Below are positions 36,717 to 50,554 of a stretch of 64,000 nucleotides of DNA, one piece after another (within the stretch, counting starts at the first letter, position 1; each line of letters begins with the position of its first letter). The translations under genes and the position numbers were made by a program. The DNA lies in assembly GCA_964016885.1 (NCBI GenBank), contig OZ024747.1:71486001-71550000 (forward strand). Reading direction: 5' to 3'. Source of the DNA: Eledone cirrhosa. Its lineage: Eukaryota. The notes below the pieces were generated by a model, which saw nothing but the letters and a program-made list of their open reading frames with translations, was not told where the DNA came from and made no database searches.

Positions 36717-39700
36717 AGTAGTGATGGTAGAATGTTAGAGATGATTGGTAGTGGTGGTAGTAGTGATGGTAGAATGTTAGAGATGATTGGTAGTGGTGGT
36801 AGTAGTGATGGTAGAATGTTAGAGATGGTTGGTTGTGGTGGTAGTAGAGTTGGTAGAATGTTAGAGATGGTTGGTTGTGGTGGTAGTAGTGATGGTAGAA
36901 TGTTAGAGATGATTGGTAGTGGTGGTAGTAGTGATGGTAGAATGTTAGAGATGATTGGTAGTGGTGGTAGTAGTGATGGTAGAATGTTAGAGATGGTTGG
37001 TTGTGGTGGTAGTAGAGTTGGTAGAATGTTAGAGATGGTTGGTTGTGGTGGTAGTAGTGATGGTAGAATGTTAGAGATGGTTGGTTGTGGTGGTAGTAGT
37101 GATGGTAGAATGTTAGAGATGATTGGTAGTGGTGGTAGTAGTGATGGTAGAATGTTAGAGATGGTTGGTTGTGGTGGTAGTAGTGATGGTAGAATGTTAG
37201 AGATGATTGGTAGTGGTGGTAGTAGAGTTGGTAGAATGTTAGAGATGGTTGGTTGTGGTGGTAGTAGTGATGGTAGAATGTTAGAGATGATTGGTAGTGG
37301 TGGTAGTAGTGATGGTAGAATGTTAGAGATGTTTGGTAGTGGTGGTAGTAGTGTTGGTAGAATGTTAGAGATGGTTGGTAGTGGTGGTTGTAGTGTTGGT
37401 AGAATGTTAGAGATGGTTGGTAGTGGTGGTAGTAGTGTTGGTAGAATGTTAGAGATGGTTGGTAGTGGTGGTAGTAGTGTTGGTAGAATGTTAGAGATGG
37501 TTGCTAGTGGTGGTAGTAGTGTTGGTAGAATGTTAGAGATGGTTGGTAGCGGTGGTAGTAGTGTTGGTAGAATGTTAGAGATGGTTGGTAGTGGTGGTAG
37601 TAGTGTTGGTAGAATGTTAGAGATGGTTGGTAGTGGTGGTAGTAGAGTTGGTAGAATGTTAGAGATGGTTGGTAGTGGTGGTAGTAGTGTTGGTAGAATG
37701 TTAGAGATGGTTGGTAGTGGTGGTAGTAGTGTTGGTAGAATGTTAGAGATGGTTGGTAGTGGTGGTTGTAGTGTTGGTAGAATGTTAGAGATGGTTGGTA
37801 GTGGTGGTAGTAGTGTTGGTAGAATGTTAGAGATGGTTGGTAGTGGTGGTAGTAGTGTTGGTAGAATGTTAGAGATGGTTGGTAGTGGTGGTAGTAGTGG
37901 TGGTAGTAGTGTTGGTAGAATGTTAGAGATGGTTGGTAGTGGTGGTAGTACTGTTGGTAGAATGTTAGAGATGGTTGGTAGTGGTGGTAGTAGAGTTGGT
38001 AGAATGTTAGAGATGGTTGGTAGTGGTGGTAGTAGTGTTGGTAGAATGTTAGAGATGTTTGGTAGTGGTGGTAGTAGTGTTGGTAGAATGTTAGAAATCG
38101 TTGGTAGTGGTGGTAGTACTGTTGGTAGAATGTTAGAGATGGTTGGTAGTGGTGGTAGTAGTGTTGGTAGAATGTTAGAGATGGTTGGTAGTGGTGGTAG
38201 TAGTGTTGGTAGAATGTTAGAGATGGTTGGTAGTGGTGGTAGTACTGTTGGTAGAATGTTAGAGATGGTTGGTAGTGGTGGTTGTAGTGATGGTAGAATG
38301 TTAGAGATGGTTGGTAGTGGTGGTTGTAGTGATGGTAGAATGTTAGAGATGGTTGGTAGTGGTGGTAGTTGTGTTGGTAGAATGTTAGAGATGGTTGGTA
38401 GTGGTGGTAGTAGCATTGGTAGAATGTTAGAGATGATGGGTAGTGGTGGTAGTAGAGTTGGTAGAATGTTAGAGATGGTTGGTAGTGGTGGTAGTAGCAT
38501 TGGTAGAATGTTAGAGATGATGGGTAGTGGTGGTAGTAGAGTTGGTAGAATGTTAGAGATGGTTGGTAGTGGTGGTTGTAGTGATGGTAGAATGTTAGAG
38601 ATGGTTGGTAGTGGTGGTAGTAGTGTTGGTAGAATGTTAGAGATGATGAGTAGTGGTGGTAGTAGTGTTGGTAGAATGTTAGAGATGGTTGGTAGTGGTG
38701 GTAGTAGTGTTGGTAGAATGTTAGAGATGGTTGGTAATGGTGGTAGTAGTGTTGGTAGAATGTTAGAGATGGTTGGTAGTGGTGGTAGTAGTGTTGGTAG
38801 AATGTTAGAGATGGTTGGTAATGGTGGTAGTAGTGTTGGTAGAATGTTAGAGATGGTTGGTAGTGGTGGTAGTAGTGTTGGTAGAATGTTAGAGATGTTT
38901 GGTAGTGGTGGTAGTAGTGTTGGTAGAATGTTAGAGATGGTTGGTAATGGTGGTAGTAGTGTTGGTAGAATGTTAGAGATGGTTGGTAGTGGTGGTAGTA
39001 GTGTTGGTAGAATATTAGAGATGTTTGGTAGTGGTGGTAGTAGTGTTGGTAGAATGTTAGAGATGGTTGGTAGTGGTGGTAGTAGTGTTGGTAGAATGTT
39101 AGAGATGGTTGGTAGTGGTGGTAGTAGTGTTGGTAGAATATTAGAGATGTTTGGTAGTGGTGGTAGTAGTGTTGGTAGAATGTTAGAGATGGTTGGTAGT
39201 GGTGGTAGTAGTGTTGGTAGAATGTTAGAGATGGTTGGTAGTGGTGGTAGTAGAGTTGGTAGAATGTTAGAGATGATTGGTAGTGGTGGTAGTAGTGTTG
39301 GTAGAATGTTAGAGATGATAGGTAGTGGTGGTAGTAGCGTTGGTAGAATGTTAGAGATGATGGGTAGTGGTGGTAGTAGTGTTGGTAGAATGTTAGAGAG
39401 GGTTGGTAGTGGTGGTAGTAGTGTTGGTAGAATGTTAGAGATGATTGGTAGTGGTGGTAGTAGTGTTGGTAGAATGTTAGAGATGGTTGGTAGTGGTGGT
39501 AGTAGCATTGGTAGAATGTTAGAGATGATTGGTAGTGGTGGTAGTAGAGTTGGTAGAATGTTAGAGATGATTGGTAGTGGTGGTAGTAGTGTTGGTATAA
39601 TGTTAGAGATGGTTGGTAATGGTGGTAGTAGCATTGGTAGAATGTTAGAGATGGTTGGTAGTGGTGGTAGTAGTGTTGGTAGAAGGTTAGAGATGGTTGG

Positions 39701-42700
39701 TAGTGGTGGTAGTAGCATTGGTAGAATGTTAGAGATGGTTGGTAGTGGTGGTAGTAGTGTTGGTAGAAGGTTAGAGATGGTTGGTAGTGGTGGTAGTAGT
39801 GTTGGTAGAAGGTTAGAGATGGTTGGTAATGGTGGTAGTAGCATTGGTAGAATGTTAGAGATGGTTGGTAGTGGTGGTAGTAGTGTTGGTAGAAGGTTAG
39901 AGATGGTTGGTAGTGGTGGTAGTAGTGTTGGTAGAAGGTTAGAGATGGTTGGTAATGGTGGTAGTAGCATTGGTAGAATGTTAGAGATGGTTGGTAGTGG
40001 TGGTAGTAGTGTTGGTAGAATGTTAGAGATGATTGGTAGTGGTGGTAGTAGAGTTGGTAGAATGTTAGAGATGGTTGGTTGTGGTGGTAGTAGTGTTGGT
40101 AGAATGTTAGAGATGATTGGTAGTGGTGGTAGTAGCATTGGTAGAATGTTAGAGATGATTGGTAGTGGTGGTAGTAGAGTTGGTAGAATGTTAGAGATGA
40201 TTGGTAGTGGTGGTAGTAGCATTGGTAGAATGTTAGAGATGGTTGGTAGTGGTGGTAGTAGTGTTGGTAGAATGTTAGAGATGGTTGGTTGTGGTGGTAG
40301 TAGTGTTGGTAGAATGTTAGAGATGGTTGGTTGTGGTGGTAGTAGTGTTGGTAGAATGTGAGAGATGATTGGTAGTGGTGGTAGTAGAGTTGGTAGAATG
40401 TTAGAGATGGTTGGTAGTGGTGGTAGTAGTGTTGGTAGAATGTTAGAGATGGTTGGTTGTGGTGGTAGTAGTGTTGGTAGAATGTGAGAGATGATTGGTA
40501 GTGGTGGTAGTAGTGTTGGTAGAATGTTAGAGATGGTTGGTAGTGGTGGTAGTAGCATTGGTAGAATGTTAGAGATGGTTGGTTGTGGTGGTAGTAGTGT
40601 TGGTAGAATGTTAGAGATGGTTGGTTGTGGTGGTAGTAGTGTTGGTAGAATGTGAGAGATGATTGGTAGTGGTGGTAGTAGTGTTGGTAGAATGTTAGAG
40701 ATGGTTGGTAGTGGTGGTAGTAGCATTGGTAGAATGTTAGAGATGATTGGTAGTGGTGGTAGTAGAGTTGGTAGAATGTTAGAGATGATTGGTAGTGGTG
40801 GTAGTAGCATTGGTAGAATGTTAGAGATGGTTGGTAGTGGTGGTAGTAGTGTTGGTAGAATGTTAGAGATGGTTGGTTGTGGTGGTAGTAGTGTTGGTAG
40901 AATGTTAGAGATGGTTGGTTGTGGTGGTAGTAGTGTTGGTAGAATGTGAGAGATGATTGGTAGTGGTGGTAGTAGAGTTGGTAGAATGTTAGAGATGGTT
41001 GGTAGTGGTGGTAGTAGCATTGGTAGAATGTTAGAGATGGTTGGTAGTGGTGGTAGTAGTGTTGGTAGAATGTTAGAGATGGTTGGTTGTGGTGGTAGTA
41101 GTGTTGGTAGAATGTTAGAGATGGTTGGTTGTGGTGGTAGTAGTGTTGGTAGAATGTGAGAGATGATTGGTAGTGGTGGTAGTAGTGTTGGTAGAATGTT
41201 AGAGATGGTTGGTAGTGGTGGTAGTAGCATTGGTAGAATGTTAGAGATGATTGGTAGTGGTGGTAGTAGTGTTGGTAGAATGTTAGAGATGGTTGATAGT
41301 GGTGGTAGTAGCATTGGTAGAATGTTAGAGATGATGGGTAGTGGTGGTAGTAGAGTTGGTAGAATGTTAGAGATGGTTGGTAGTGGTGGTAGTAGAGTTG
41401 GTAGAATGTTAGAGATGGTTGGTTGTGGTGGTAGTAGTGTTGGTAGAATGTTAGAGATGATTGGTAGTGGTGGTAGTAGTGTTGGTAGAATGTTAGAGAT
41501 GGTTGGTAGTGGTGGTAGTAGCATTGGTAGAATGTTAGAGATGATGGGTAGTGGTGGTAGTAGAGTTGGTAGAATGTTAGAGATGGTTGGTAGTGGTGGT
41601 AGTAGAGTTGGTAGAATGTTAGAGATGGTTGGTTGTGGTGGTAGTAGTGTTGGTAGAATGTTAGAGATGATTGGTAGTGGTGGTAGTAGAGTTGGTAGAA
41701 TGTTAGAGATGATTGGTAGTGGTGGTAGTAGTGTTGGTAGAATGTTAGAGATGATTGGTAGTGGTGGTAGTAGTGTTGGTAGAATGTTAGAGATGATTGG
41801 TAGTGGTGGTAGTAGTGTTGGTAGAATGTTAGAGATGATTGGTAGTGGTGGTAGTAGCATTGGTAGAATGTTAGAGATGATTGGTAGTGGTGGTAGTAGT
41901 GTTGGTAGAATGTTAGAGATGATTGGTAGTGGTGGTAGTAGTGTTGGTAGAATGTTAGAGATGATTGGTAGTGGTGGTAGTAGTGTTGGTAGAATGTTAG
42001 AGATGATTGGTAGTGGTGGTAGTAGTGTTGGTAGAATGTTAGAGATGATTGGTAGTGGTGGTAGTAGCATTGGTAGAATGTTAGAGATGATTGGTAGTGG
42101 TGGTAGTAGTGTTGGTAGAATGTTAGAGATGATTGGTAGTGGTGGTAGTAGTGTTGGTAGAATGTTAGAGATGATTGGTAGTGGTGGTAGTAGTGTTGGT
42201 AGAATGTTAGAGATGATTGGTAGTGGTGGTAGTAGTGTTGGTAGAATGTTAGAGATGATTGGTAGTGGTGGTAGTAGCATTGGTAGAATGTTAGAGATGA
42301 TTGGTAGTGGTGGTAGTAGTGTTGGTAGAATGTTAGAGATGATTGGTAGTGGTGGTAGTAGTGTTGGTAGAATGTTAGAGATGGTTGGTAGTGGTGGTAG
42401 TAGTGTTGGTAGAATGTTAGAGATGGTTCGTAGTGGTGGTAGTAGTGATGGTAGAATGTTAGAGATGGTTGGTAGTGGTGGTAGTGGTGGTAGTAGTGTT
42501 GGTAGAATGTTAGAGATGATTGGTAGTGGTGGTAGTAGCATTGGTAGAATGTTAGAGATGATTGGTAGTGGTGGTAGTAGTGTTGGTAGAATGTTAGAGA
42601 TGGTTGGTAGTGGTGGTAGTAGTGTTGGTAGAATGTTAGAGATGATGGGTAGTGGTGGTAGTAGAGTTGGTAGAATGTTAGAGATGATTGGTAGTGGTGG

Positions 42701-45700
42701 TAGTAGTGTTGGTAGAATGTTAGAGATGATTGGTAGTGGTGGTAGTAGCATTGGTAGAATGTTAGAGATGATGGGTAGTGGTGGTAGTAGAGTTGGTAGA
42801 ATGTTAGAGATGATTGGTAGTGGTGGTAGTAGTGTTGGTAGAATGTTAGAGATGATTGGTAGTGGTGGTAGTAGCATTGGTAGAATGTTAGAGATGATGG
42901 GTAGTGGTGGTAGTAGAGTTGGTAGAATGTTAGAGATGATTGGTAGTGGTGGTAGTAGAGTTGGTAGAATGTTAGAGATGGTTGGTAGTGGTGGTAGTAG
43001 AGTTGGTAGAATGTTAGAGATGGTTGGTTGTGGTGGTAGTAGTGTTGGTAGAATGTTAGAGATGATTGGTAGTGGTGGTAGTAGCATTGGTAGAATGTTA
43101 GAGATGATGGGTAGTGGTGGTAGTAGAGTTGGTAGAATGTTAGAGATGGTTGGTAGTGGTGGTAGTAGCATTGGTAGAATGTTAGAGATGGTTGGTAGTG
43201 GTGGTAGTAGTGTTGGTAGAATGTTAGAGATGGGTGGTAGTGGTGGTAGTGGTGGTAGTAGTGATGGTAGAATGTTAGAGATGGTTGGTAATGGTGGTAG
43301 TAGTGTTGGTAGAATGTTAGAGATGGTTGGTAGTGGTGGTAGTAGTGTTGGTAGAATGTTAGAGATGGTTGGTATCGGTGGTCGTAGAGTTGGTAGAATG
43401 TTAGAGATGGTTGGTAGTAGTGGTAGTAGTGTTGGTAGAATGTTAGAGATGGTTGGTAGTGGTGGTCGTAGAGTTGGTAGAATGTTAGAGATGGTTGGTA
43501 GTGGTGGTAGTGGTGTTGGTAGAATGTTAGAGATGGTTGGTAGTGGTGGTCGTAGAGTTGGTAGAATGTTAGAGATGGTTGGTAGTGGTGGTCGTAGAGT
43601 TGGTAGAATGTTAGAGATGGTTGGTAGTGGTGGTCGTAGAGTTGGTAGAATGTTAGAGATGGTTGGTAGTGGTGGTCGTAGAGTTGGTAGAATGTTAGAG
43701 ATGGTTGGTAGTGGTGGTAGTAGTGTTGGTAGAATGTTAGAGATGGTTGGAATTGGTGGTAGTGGTGTTGCTAGAATGTTAGATATGGTTGGTAGTGGTG
43801 GTAGTAGTGTTGGTAGAATGTTAGAGATGGTTGGTAGTGGTGGTAGTAGTGATTGTAGAATGTTAGAGATGGTTGGTAGTGGTGGTACTAGTGTTGGTAG
43901 AATGTTAGAGATGGTTGGTAGTGGTGGTAGTGGTGTTGGTAGAATGTTAGAGATGGTTGGTAGTGGTGGTAGTAGCATTGGTAGAATGTTAGAGATGATG
44001 AGTAGTGGTGGTAGTAGAGTTGGTAGAATGTTAGAGATGGTTGGTAGTGGAGGTAGTAGTGTTGGTAGAATGTTAGAGATGTTTGGTAGTGGTGGTAGTA
44101 GTGTTGGTAGAATGTTAGAGATGGTTGGTAGTGGTGGTAGTACTGTTGGTAGAATGTTAGAGATGGTTGGTAGTGGTGGTAGTAGTGTTGGTAGAATGTT
44201 AGAGATGATTGGTAGTGGTGGTAGTGGTGTTGGTAGAATGTTAGAGATGGTTGGTAGTGGTGGTAGTAGTGTTGGTAGAATGTGAGAGATGATTGGAAGT
44301 GGTGGTAGTACTGTTGGTAGAATGTTGAGATGGTTGGTAGTGGTGGTAGTAGTGTTGGTAGAATGTTAGAGATGGTTGGTAGTGGTGGTAGTAGTGTTGG
44401 TAGAATGTTAGAGATGGTTGGTAGTGGTGGTAGTAGAGTTGGTAGAATGTTAGAGATGGTTGGTAGTGGTGGTAGTAGAGTTGGTAGAATGTTAGAGATG
44501 GTTGGTAGTGGAGGTAGTAGGGGTGGTAGAATGTTAGAGATGTTTGGTAGTGGTGGTAGTAGTGTTGGTAGAATGTTAGAGATGGTTGGTAGTGGTGGTA
44601 GTACTGTTGGTAGAATGTTAGAGATGGTTGGTAGTGGTGGTAGTAGTGTTGGTAGAATGTTAGAGATGGTTGGTAGTGGTGGTAGTAGTGTTGGTAGAAT
44701 GTTAGAGATGGTTGGTAGTGGTGGTAGTACTGTTGGTAGAATGTTAGAGATGGTTGGTAGTGGTGGTAGTAGAGTTGGTAGAATGTTAGAGATGGTTGGT
44801 AGTGGTGGTTGTAGTGATGGTAGAATGTTAGAGATGGTTGGTAGTGGTGGTTGTAGTGATGGTAGAATGTTAGAGATGGTTGGTAGTGGTGGTAGTGGTG
44901 TTGGTAGAATGTTAGAGATGGTTGGTAGTGGTGGTAGTAGCATTGGTAGAATGTTAGAGATGATGGGTAGTGGTGGTAGTAGAGTTGGTAGAATGTTAGA
45001 GATGGTTGGTAGTGGTGGTTGTAGTGATGGTAGAATGTTAGAGATGGTTGGTAGTGCTGGTAGTAGTTTTGGTAGAATGTTAGAGATGATGAGTAGTGGT
45101 GGTAGTAGTGTTGGTAGAATGTTAGAGATGGTTGGTAGTGGTGGTAGTAGTGTTGGTAGAATGTTAGAGATGGTTGGTAATGGTGGTAGTAGTGTTGGTA
45201 GAATGTTAGAGATGGTTGGTAGTGGTGGTAGTAGTGTTGGTAGAATGTTAGAGATGTTTGGTAGTGGTGGTAGTAGTGTTGGTAGAATGTTAGAGATGGT
45301 TGGTAATGGTGGTAGTAGTGTTGGTAGAATGTTAGAGATGGTTGGTAGTGGTGGTAGTGGTGTTGCTAGAATGTTAGATATGGTTGGTAGAGGTGGTAGT
45401 AGTGTTGGTAGAATGTTAGAGATGGTTGGTTGTGGTGGTAGTAGTGATGGTAGAATGTTAGAGATAGTTGGTAGTGGTGGTAGTAGTGTTGGTAGAATGT
45501 TAGAGTTGTTTGGTAGTGGTGGTAGTGGTGTTGGTAGAATGTTAGAGATGGTTGGTAGTGGTGGTAGTAGTGTTGGTAGAATGTTAGAGATGATTGGTAG
45601 TGGTGGTAGTGGTGTTGGTAGAATGTTAGAGATGGTTGGTAGTGGTGGTAGTAGTGTTGGTAGAATGTGAGAGATGATTGGAAGTGGTGGTAGTAGTGTT

Positions 45701-48700
45701 GGTAGAATGTTAGAGATGGTTGGTAGTGGTGGTAGTAGTGTTGGTAGAATGTTAGAGATGATTGGTAGTGGTGGTAGTAGAGTTGGTAGAATGTTAGAGA
45801 TGATGGGTAGTGGTGGTAGTAGTGTTGGTAGAATGTTAGAGATGATTGGTAGTGGTGGTAGTAGTGTGGTAGAATGTTAGAGATGGTTGGTAGTGGTGGT
45901 AGTAGTGTTGGTAGAATGTTAGAGATGGTTGGTAGTGGTGGTAGTAGTGTTGGTAGAATGTTAGAGATGATTGGTAGTGGTGGTAGTAGTGTTGGTAGAA
46001 TGTTAGAGATGGTTGGTAGTGGTGGTAGTAGTGTTGGTAGAATGTTAGAGATGATTGGTAATGGTGGTAGTAGTGTTGGTAGAATGTTAGAGATGATTGG
46101 TAGTGGTGGTAGTAGAGTTGGTAGAATGTTAGAGATGGTTGGTAGTGGTGGTAGTAGAGTTGGTAGAATGTTAGAGATGATTGGTAGTGGTGGTAGTTGT
46201 GTTGGTAGAATGTTAGAGATGGTTGGTAGTGGTGGTAGTAGTGTTGGTAGAATGTTAGAGATGGTTGGTAGTGGTGGTAGTTGTGTTGGTAGAATGTTAG
46301 AGATGGTTGGTAGTGGTGGTAGTAGTGTTGGTAGAATGTTAGAGATGGTTGGTAGTGGTGGTAGTAGTGTTGGTAGAATGTTAGAGATGGTTGGTAGTGG
46401 TGGTAGTAGTGTTGGTAGAATGTTAGAGATGATTGGTAGTGGTGGTAGTTGTGTTGGTAGAATGTTAGAGATGGTTGGTAGTGGTGGTAGTAGTGTTGGT
46501 AGAATGTTAGAGATGGTTGGTAGTGGTGGTAGTAGTGTTGGTAGAATGTTAGAGATGATTGGTAGTGGTGGTAGTAGTGTTGGTAGAATGTTAGAGATGT
46601 TTGGTAGTGGTGGTAGTAGAGTTGGTAGAATGTTAGAGATGGTTGGTAGTGGTGGTAGTAGTGTTGGTAGAATGTTAGAGATGATTGGTAGTGGTGGTAG
46701 TAGTGTTGGTAGAATGTTAGAGATGGTTGGTAGTGGTGGTAGTTGTGTTGGTAGAATGTTAGAGATGGTTGGTAATGGTGGTAGTAGTGTTGGTAGAATG
46801 TTAGAGATGATTGGTAGTGGTGGTAGTAGTGTTGGTAGAATGTTAGAGATGATTGGTAGTGGTGGTAGTAGAGTTGGTAGAATGTTAGAGATGGTTGGTA
46901 GTGGTGGTAGTAGTGTTGGTAGAATGTTAGAGATGGTTGGTAGTGGTGGTAGTTGTGTTGGTAGAATGTTAGAGATGGTTGGTAATGGTGGTAGTAGTGT
47001 TGGTAGAATGTTAGAGATGATTGGTAGTGGTGGTAGTTGTGTTGGTAGAATGTTAGAGATGGTTGGTAGTGGTGGTAGTAGTGTTGGTAGAATGTTAGAG
47101 ATGATTGGTAGTGGTGGTAGTAGAGTTGGTAGAATGTTAGAGATGGTTGGTAGTGGTGGTAGTAGTGTTGGTAGAATGTTAGAGATGGTTGGTAGTGGTG
47201 GTAGTAGTGTTGGTAGAATGTTAGAGATGGTTGGTAGTGGTGGTAGTAGTGTTGGTAGAATGTTAGAGATGATTGGTAGTGGTGGTAGTAGAGTTGGTAG
47301 AATGTTAGAGATGGTTGGTAGTGGTGGTAGTAGTGTTGGTAGAATGTTAGAGATGGTTGGTAGTGGTGGCAGTAGTGTTGGTAGAATGTTAGAGATGGTT
47401 GGTAGTGGTGGTAGTACTGTTGGTAGAATGTTAGAGATGGTTGGTTGTGGTGGTAGTAGTGTTGGTAGAATGTTAGAGATGGTTGGTAGTGGTGGTAGTA
47501 GTGTTGGTAGAATGTTAGAGATGATTGGTAGTGGTGGTAGTAGAGTTGGTAGAATGTTAGAGATGGTTGGTAGTGGTGGTAGTAGAGTTGGTAGAATGTT
47601 AGAGATGGTTGGTAGTGGTGGTAGTAGAGGTGTTAGAATGTTAGAGATGGTTGGTAGTGTTGGTGGTAGTGGTGTTGGTAGAATGTTAGAGATGGTTGGT
47701 AGTTGTGGTAGTAGTGTTGGTAGAATGTTAGAGATGGTTGGTAGTGGTGGTGGTAGTGGTGTTGGTAGAATGTTAGAGATGGTTGGTAGTGGTGGTAGTA
47801 GTGTTGGTAGAATGTTAGAGATGATTGGTAGTGGTGGTAGTAGAGTTGGTAGAATGTTAGAGATGGTTGGTAGTGGTGGTAGTAGTGTTGGTAGAATGTT
47901 AGAGATGGTTGGTAGTGGTGTCAGTAGTGTTGGTAGAATGTTAGAGATGGTTGGTAGTGGTGGTAGTAGTGTTGGTAGAATGTTAGAGATGGTTGGTAGT
48001 GGTGGTGGTAGTGGTGTTGGTAGAATGTTAGAGATGGTTGGTAGTGGTGGTAGTAGTGTTGGTAGAATGTTAGAGATGGTTGGTAGTGGTGGTAGTAGTG
48101 TTGGTAGAATGTTAGAGATGATTGGTAGTGGTGGTAGTAGAGTTGGTAGAATGTTAGAGATGGTTGGTAGTGGTGGTAGTAGTGTTGGTAGAATGTTAGA
48201 GATGATTGGTAGTGGTGGTAGTAGAGTTGGTAGAATGTTAGAGATGGTTGGTAGTGGTGGTAGTAGTGTTGGTAGAATGTTAGAGATGGTTGGTAGTGGT
48301 GGTAGTGGTGGTAGTAGTGTTGGTAGAATGTTAGAGATGATTGGTAGTGGTGGTAGTAGTGATGGTAGAATGTTAGAGATGGTTGGTAATGGTGGTAGTA
48401 GTGTTGGTAGAATGTTAGAGATGATTGGTAGTGGTGGTAGTAGTGTTGGTAGAATGTTAGAGATGGTTGGTAATGGTGGTAGTAGTGTTGGTAGAATGTT
48501 AGAGATGATTGGTAGTGGTGGTAGTAGCATTGGTAGAATGTTAGTGATGGTTGGTAGTGGTGGTAGTAGTGTTGGTAGAATGTTAGAGATGGTTGGTAAT
48601 GGTGGTAGTAGTGTTGGTAGAATGTTAGAGATGGTTGGTTGTGGTGGTAGTAGTGTTGGTAGAATGTTAGAGATGGTTGGTAGTGGTGGTAGTAGTGTTG

Positions 48701-50554
48701 GTAGAATGTTAGAGATGGTTGGTAGTGGTGGTAGTAGTGTTGGTAGAATGTTAGAGATGGTTGGTAGTGGTGGTAGTAGTGATGGTAGAATGTTAGAGAT
48801 GGTTGGTAGTGGTGGTAGTGGTGGTAGTAGTGTTGGTAGAATGTTAGAGATGATTGGTAGTGGTGGTAGTAGTGATGGTAGAATGTTAGAGATGGTTGGT
48901 AATGGTGGTAGTAGTGTTGGTAGAATGTTAGAGATGATTGGTAGTGGTGGTAGTAGTGTTGGTAGAATGTTAGAGATGGTTGGTAATGGTGGTAGTAGTG
49001 TTGGTAGAATGTTAGAGATGATTGGTAGTGGTGGTAGTAGCATTGGTAGAATGTTAGTGATGGTTGGTAGTGGTGGTAGTAGTGTTGGTAGAATGTTAGA
49101 GATGGTTGGTAATGGTGGTAGTAGTGTTGGTAGAATGTTAGAGATGGTTGGTTGTGGTGGTAGTAGTGTTGGTAGAATGTTAGAGATGGTTGGTAGTGGT
49201 GGTAGTAGTGTTGGTAGAATGTTAGAGATGGTTGGTAGTGGTGGTAGTAGTGTTGGTAGAATGTTAGAGATGGTTGCTAGTGGTGGTAGTAGTGTTGGTA
49301 GAATGTTAGAGATGGTTGGTAGCGGTGGTAGTAGTGTTGGTAGAATGTTAGAGATGGTTGGTAGTGGTGGTAGTAGTGTTGGTAGAATGTTAGAGATGGT
49401 TGGTAGTGGTGGTAGTAGAGTTGGTAGAATGTTAGAGATGGTTGGTAGTGGTGGTAGTACTGTTGGTAGAATGTTAGAGATGGTTGGTAGTGGTGGTAGT
49501 AGAGTTGGTAGAATGTTAGAGATGGTTCGTAGTGGTGGTAGTAGTGTTGGTAGAATGTGAGAGATGATTGGTAGTGGTGGTAGTGGTGTTGGTAGAATGT
49601 TAGATATGGTTGGTAGTGGTGGTAGTAGTGTTGGTAGAATGTTAGAGATGGTTGGTAGTGGTGGTAGTAGTGTTGGTAGAATGTTAGAGATGGTTGGTAG
49701 TGGTGGTAGTACTGTTGGTAGAATATTAGAGATGATTGGTAGTGGTGGTAGTAGTGTTGGTAGAATGTTAGAGATGGTTGGTAGTGGTGGTAGTACTGTT
49801 GGTAGAATATTAGAGATGATTGGTAGTGGTGGTAGTAGTGTTGGTAGAATGTTAGAGATGGTTGGTAGTGGTGGTAGTAGTGTTGGTAGAATGTTAGAGA
49901 TGGTTGGTAGTGGTGGTAGTGGTGTTGGTAGAATGTTAGAGATGGTTGGTAGTGGTGGTAGTGGTGTTGGTAGAATGTTAGAGATGGTTGGTAGTGGTGG
50001 TAGTGGTGTTGGTAGAATGTTAGAGATGGTTGGTAGTGGTGGTAGTAGTGTTGGTAGAATGTTAGAGATGGTTGGTAGTGGTGGTAGTGGTGTTGGTAGA
50101 ATGTTAGAGATGGTTGGTAGTGGTGGTAGTGGTGTTGGTAGAATGTTAGAGATGGTTGGTAGTGGTGGTAGTAGTGTTGGTAGAATGTTAGAGATGGTTG
50201 GTAGTGGTGGTAGTAGAGTTGGTAGAATATTAGAGATGGTTGGTAGTGGTGGTAGTAGTGTTGGTAGAATATTAGAGATGATTGGTAGTGGTGGTAGTAG
50301 TGTTGGTAGAATATTAGAGATGGTTGGTAGTGTTGGTAGTAGTGTTGGTAGAATGTTAGAGATGGTTGGTAGTGGTGGTAGTAGAGTTGGTAGAATATTA
50401 GAGATGATTGGTAGTGGTGGTAGTAGTGTTGGTAGAATGTTAGAGATGGTTGGTAGTGGTGGTAGTAGTGTTGGTAGAATGTTAGAGATGGTTGGTAGTG
50501 GTGGTAGTAGTGTTGGTAGAATGTTAGAGATGATTGGTAGTGGTGGTAGTAGTG
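36717..50554. repeat. 42-bp minisatellite, ~330 copies (~13.8 kb), within (GGT/AGT)n low-complexity flanks (~36240-51075)
   Basis: Consensus GGTAGAATGTTAGAGATGGTTGGTAGTGGTGGTAGTAGTGTT. Confidence 0.98.
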
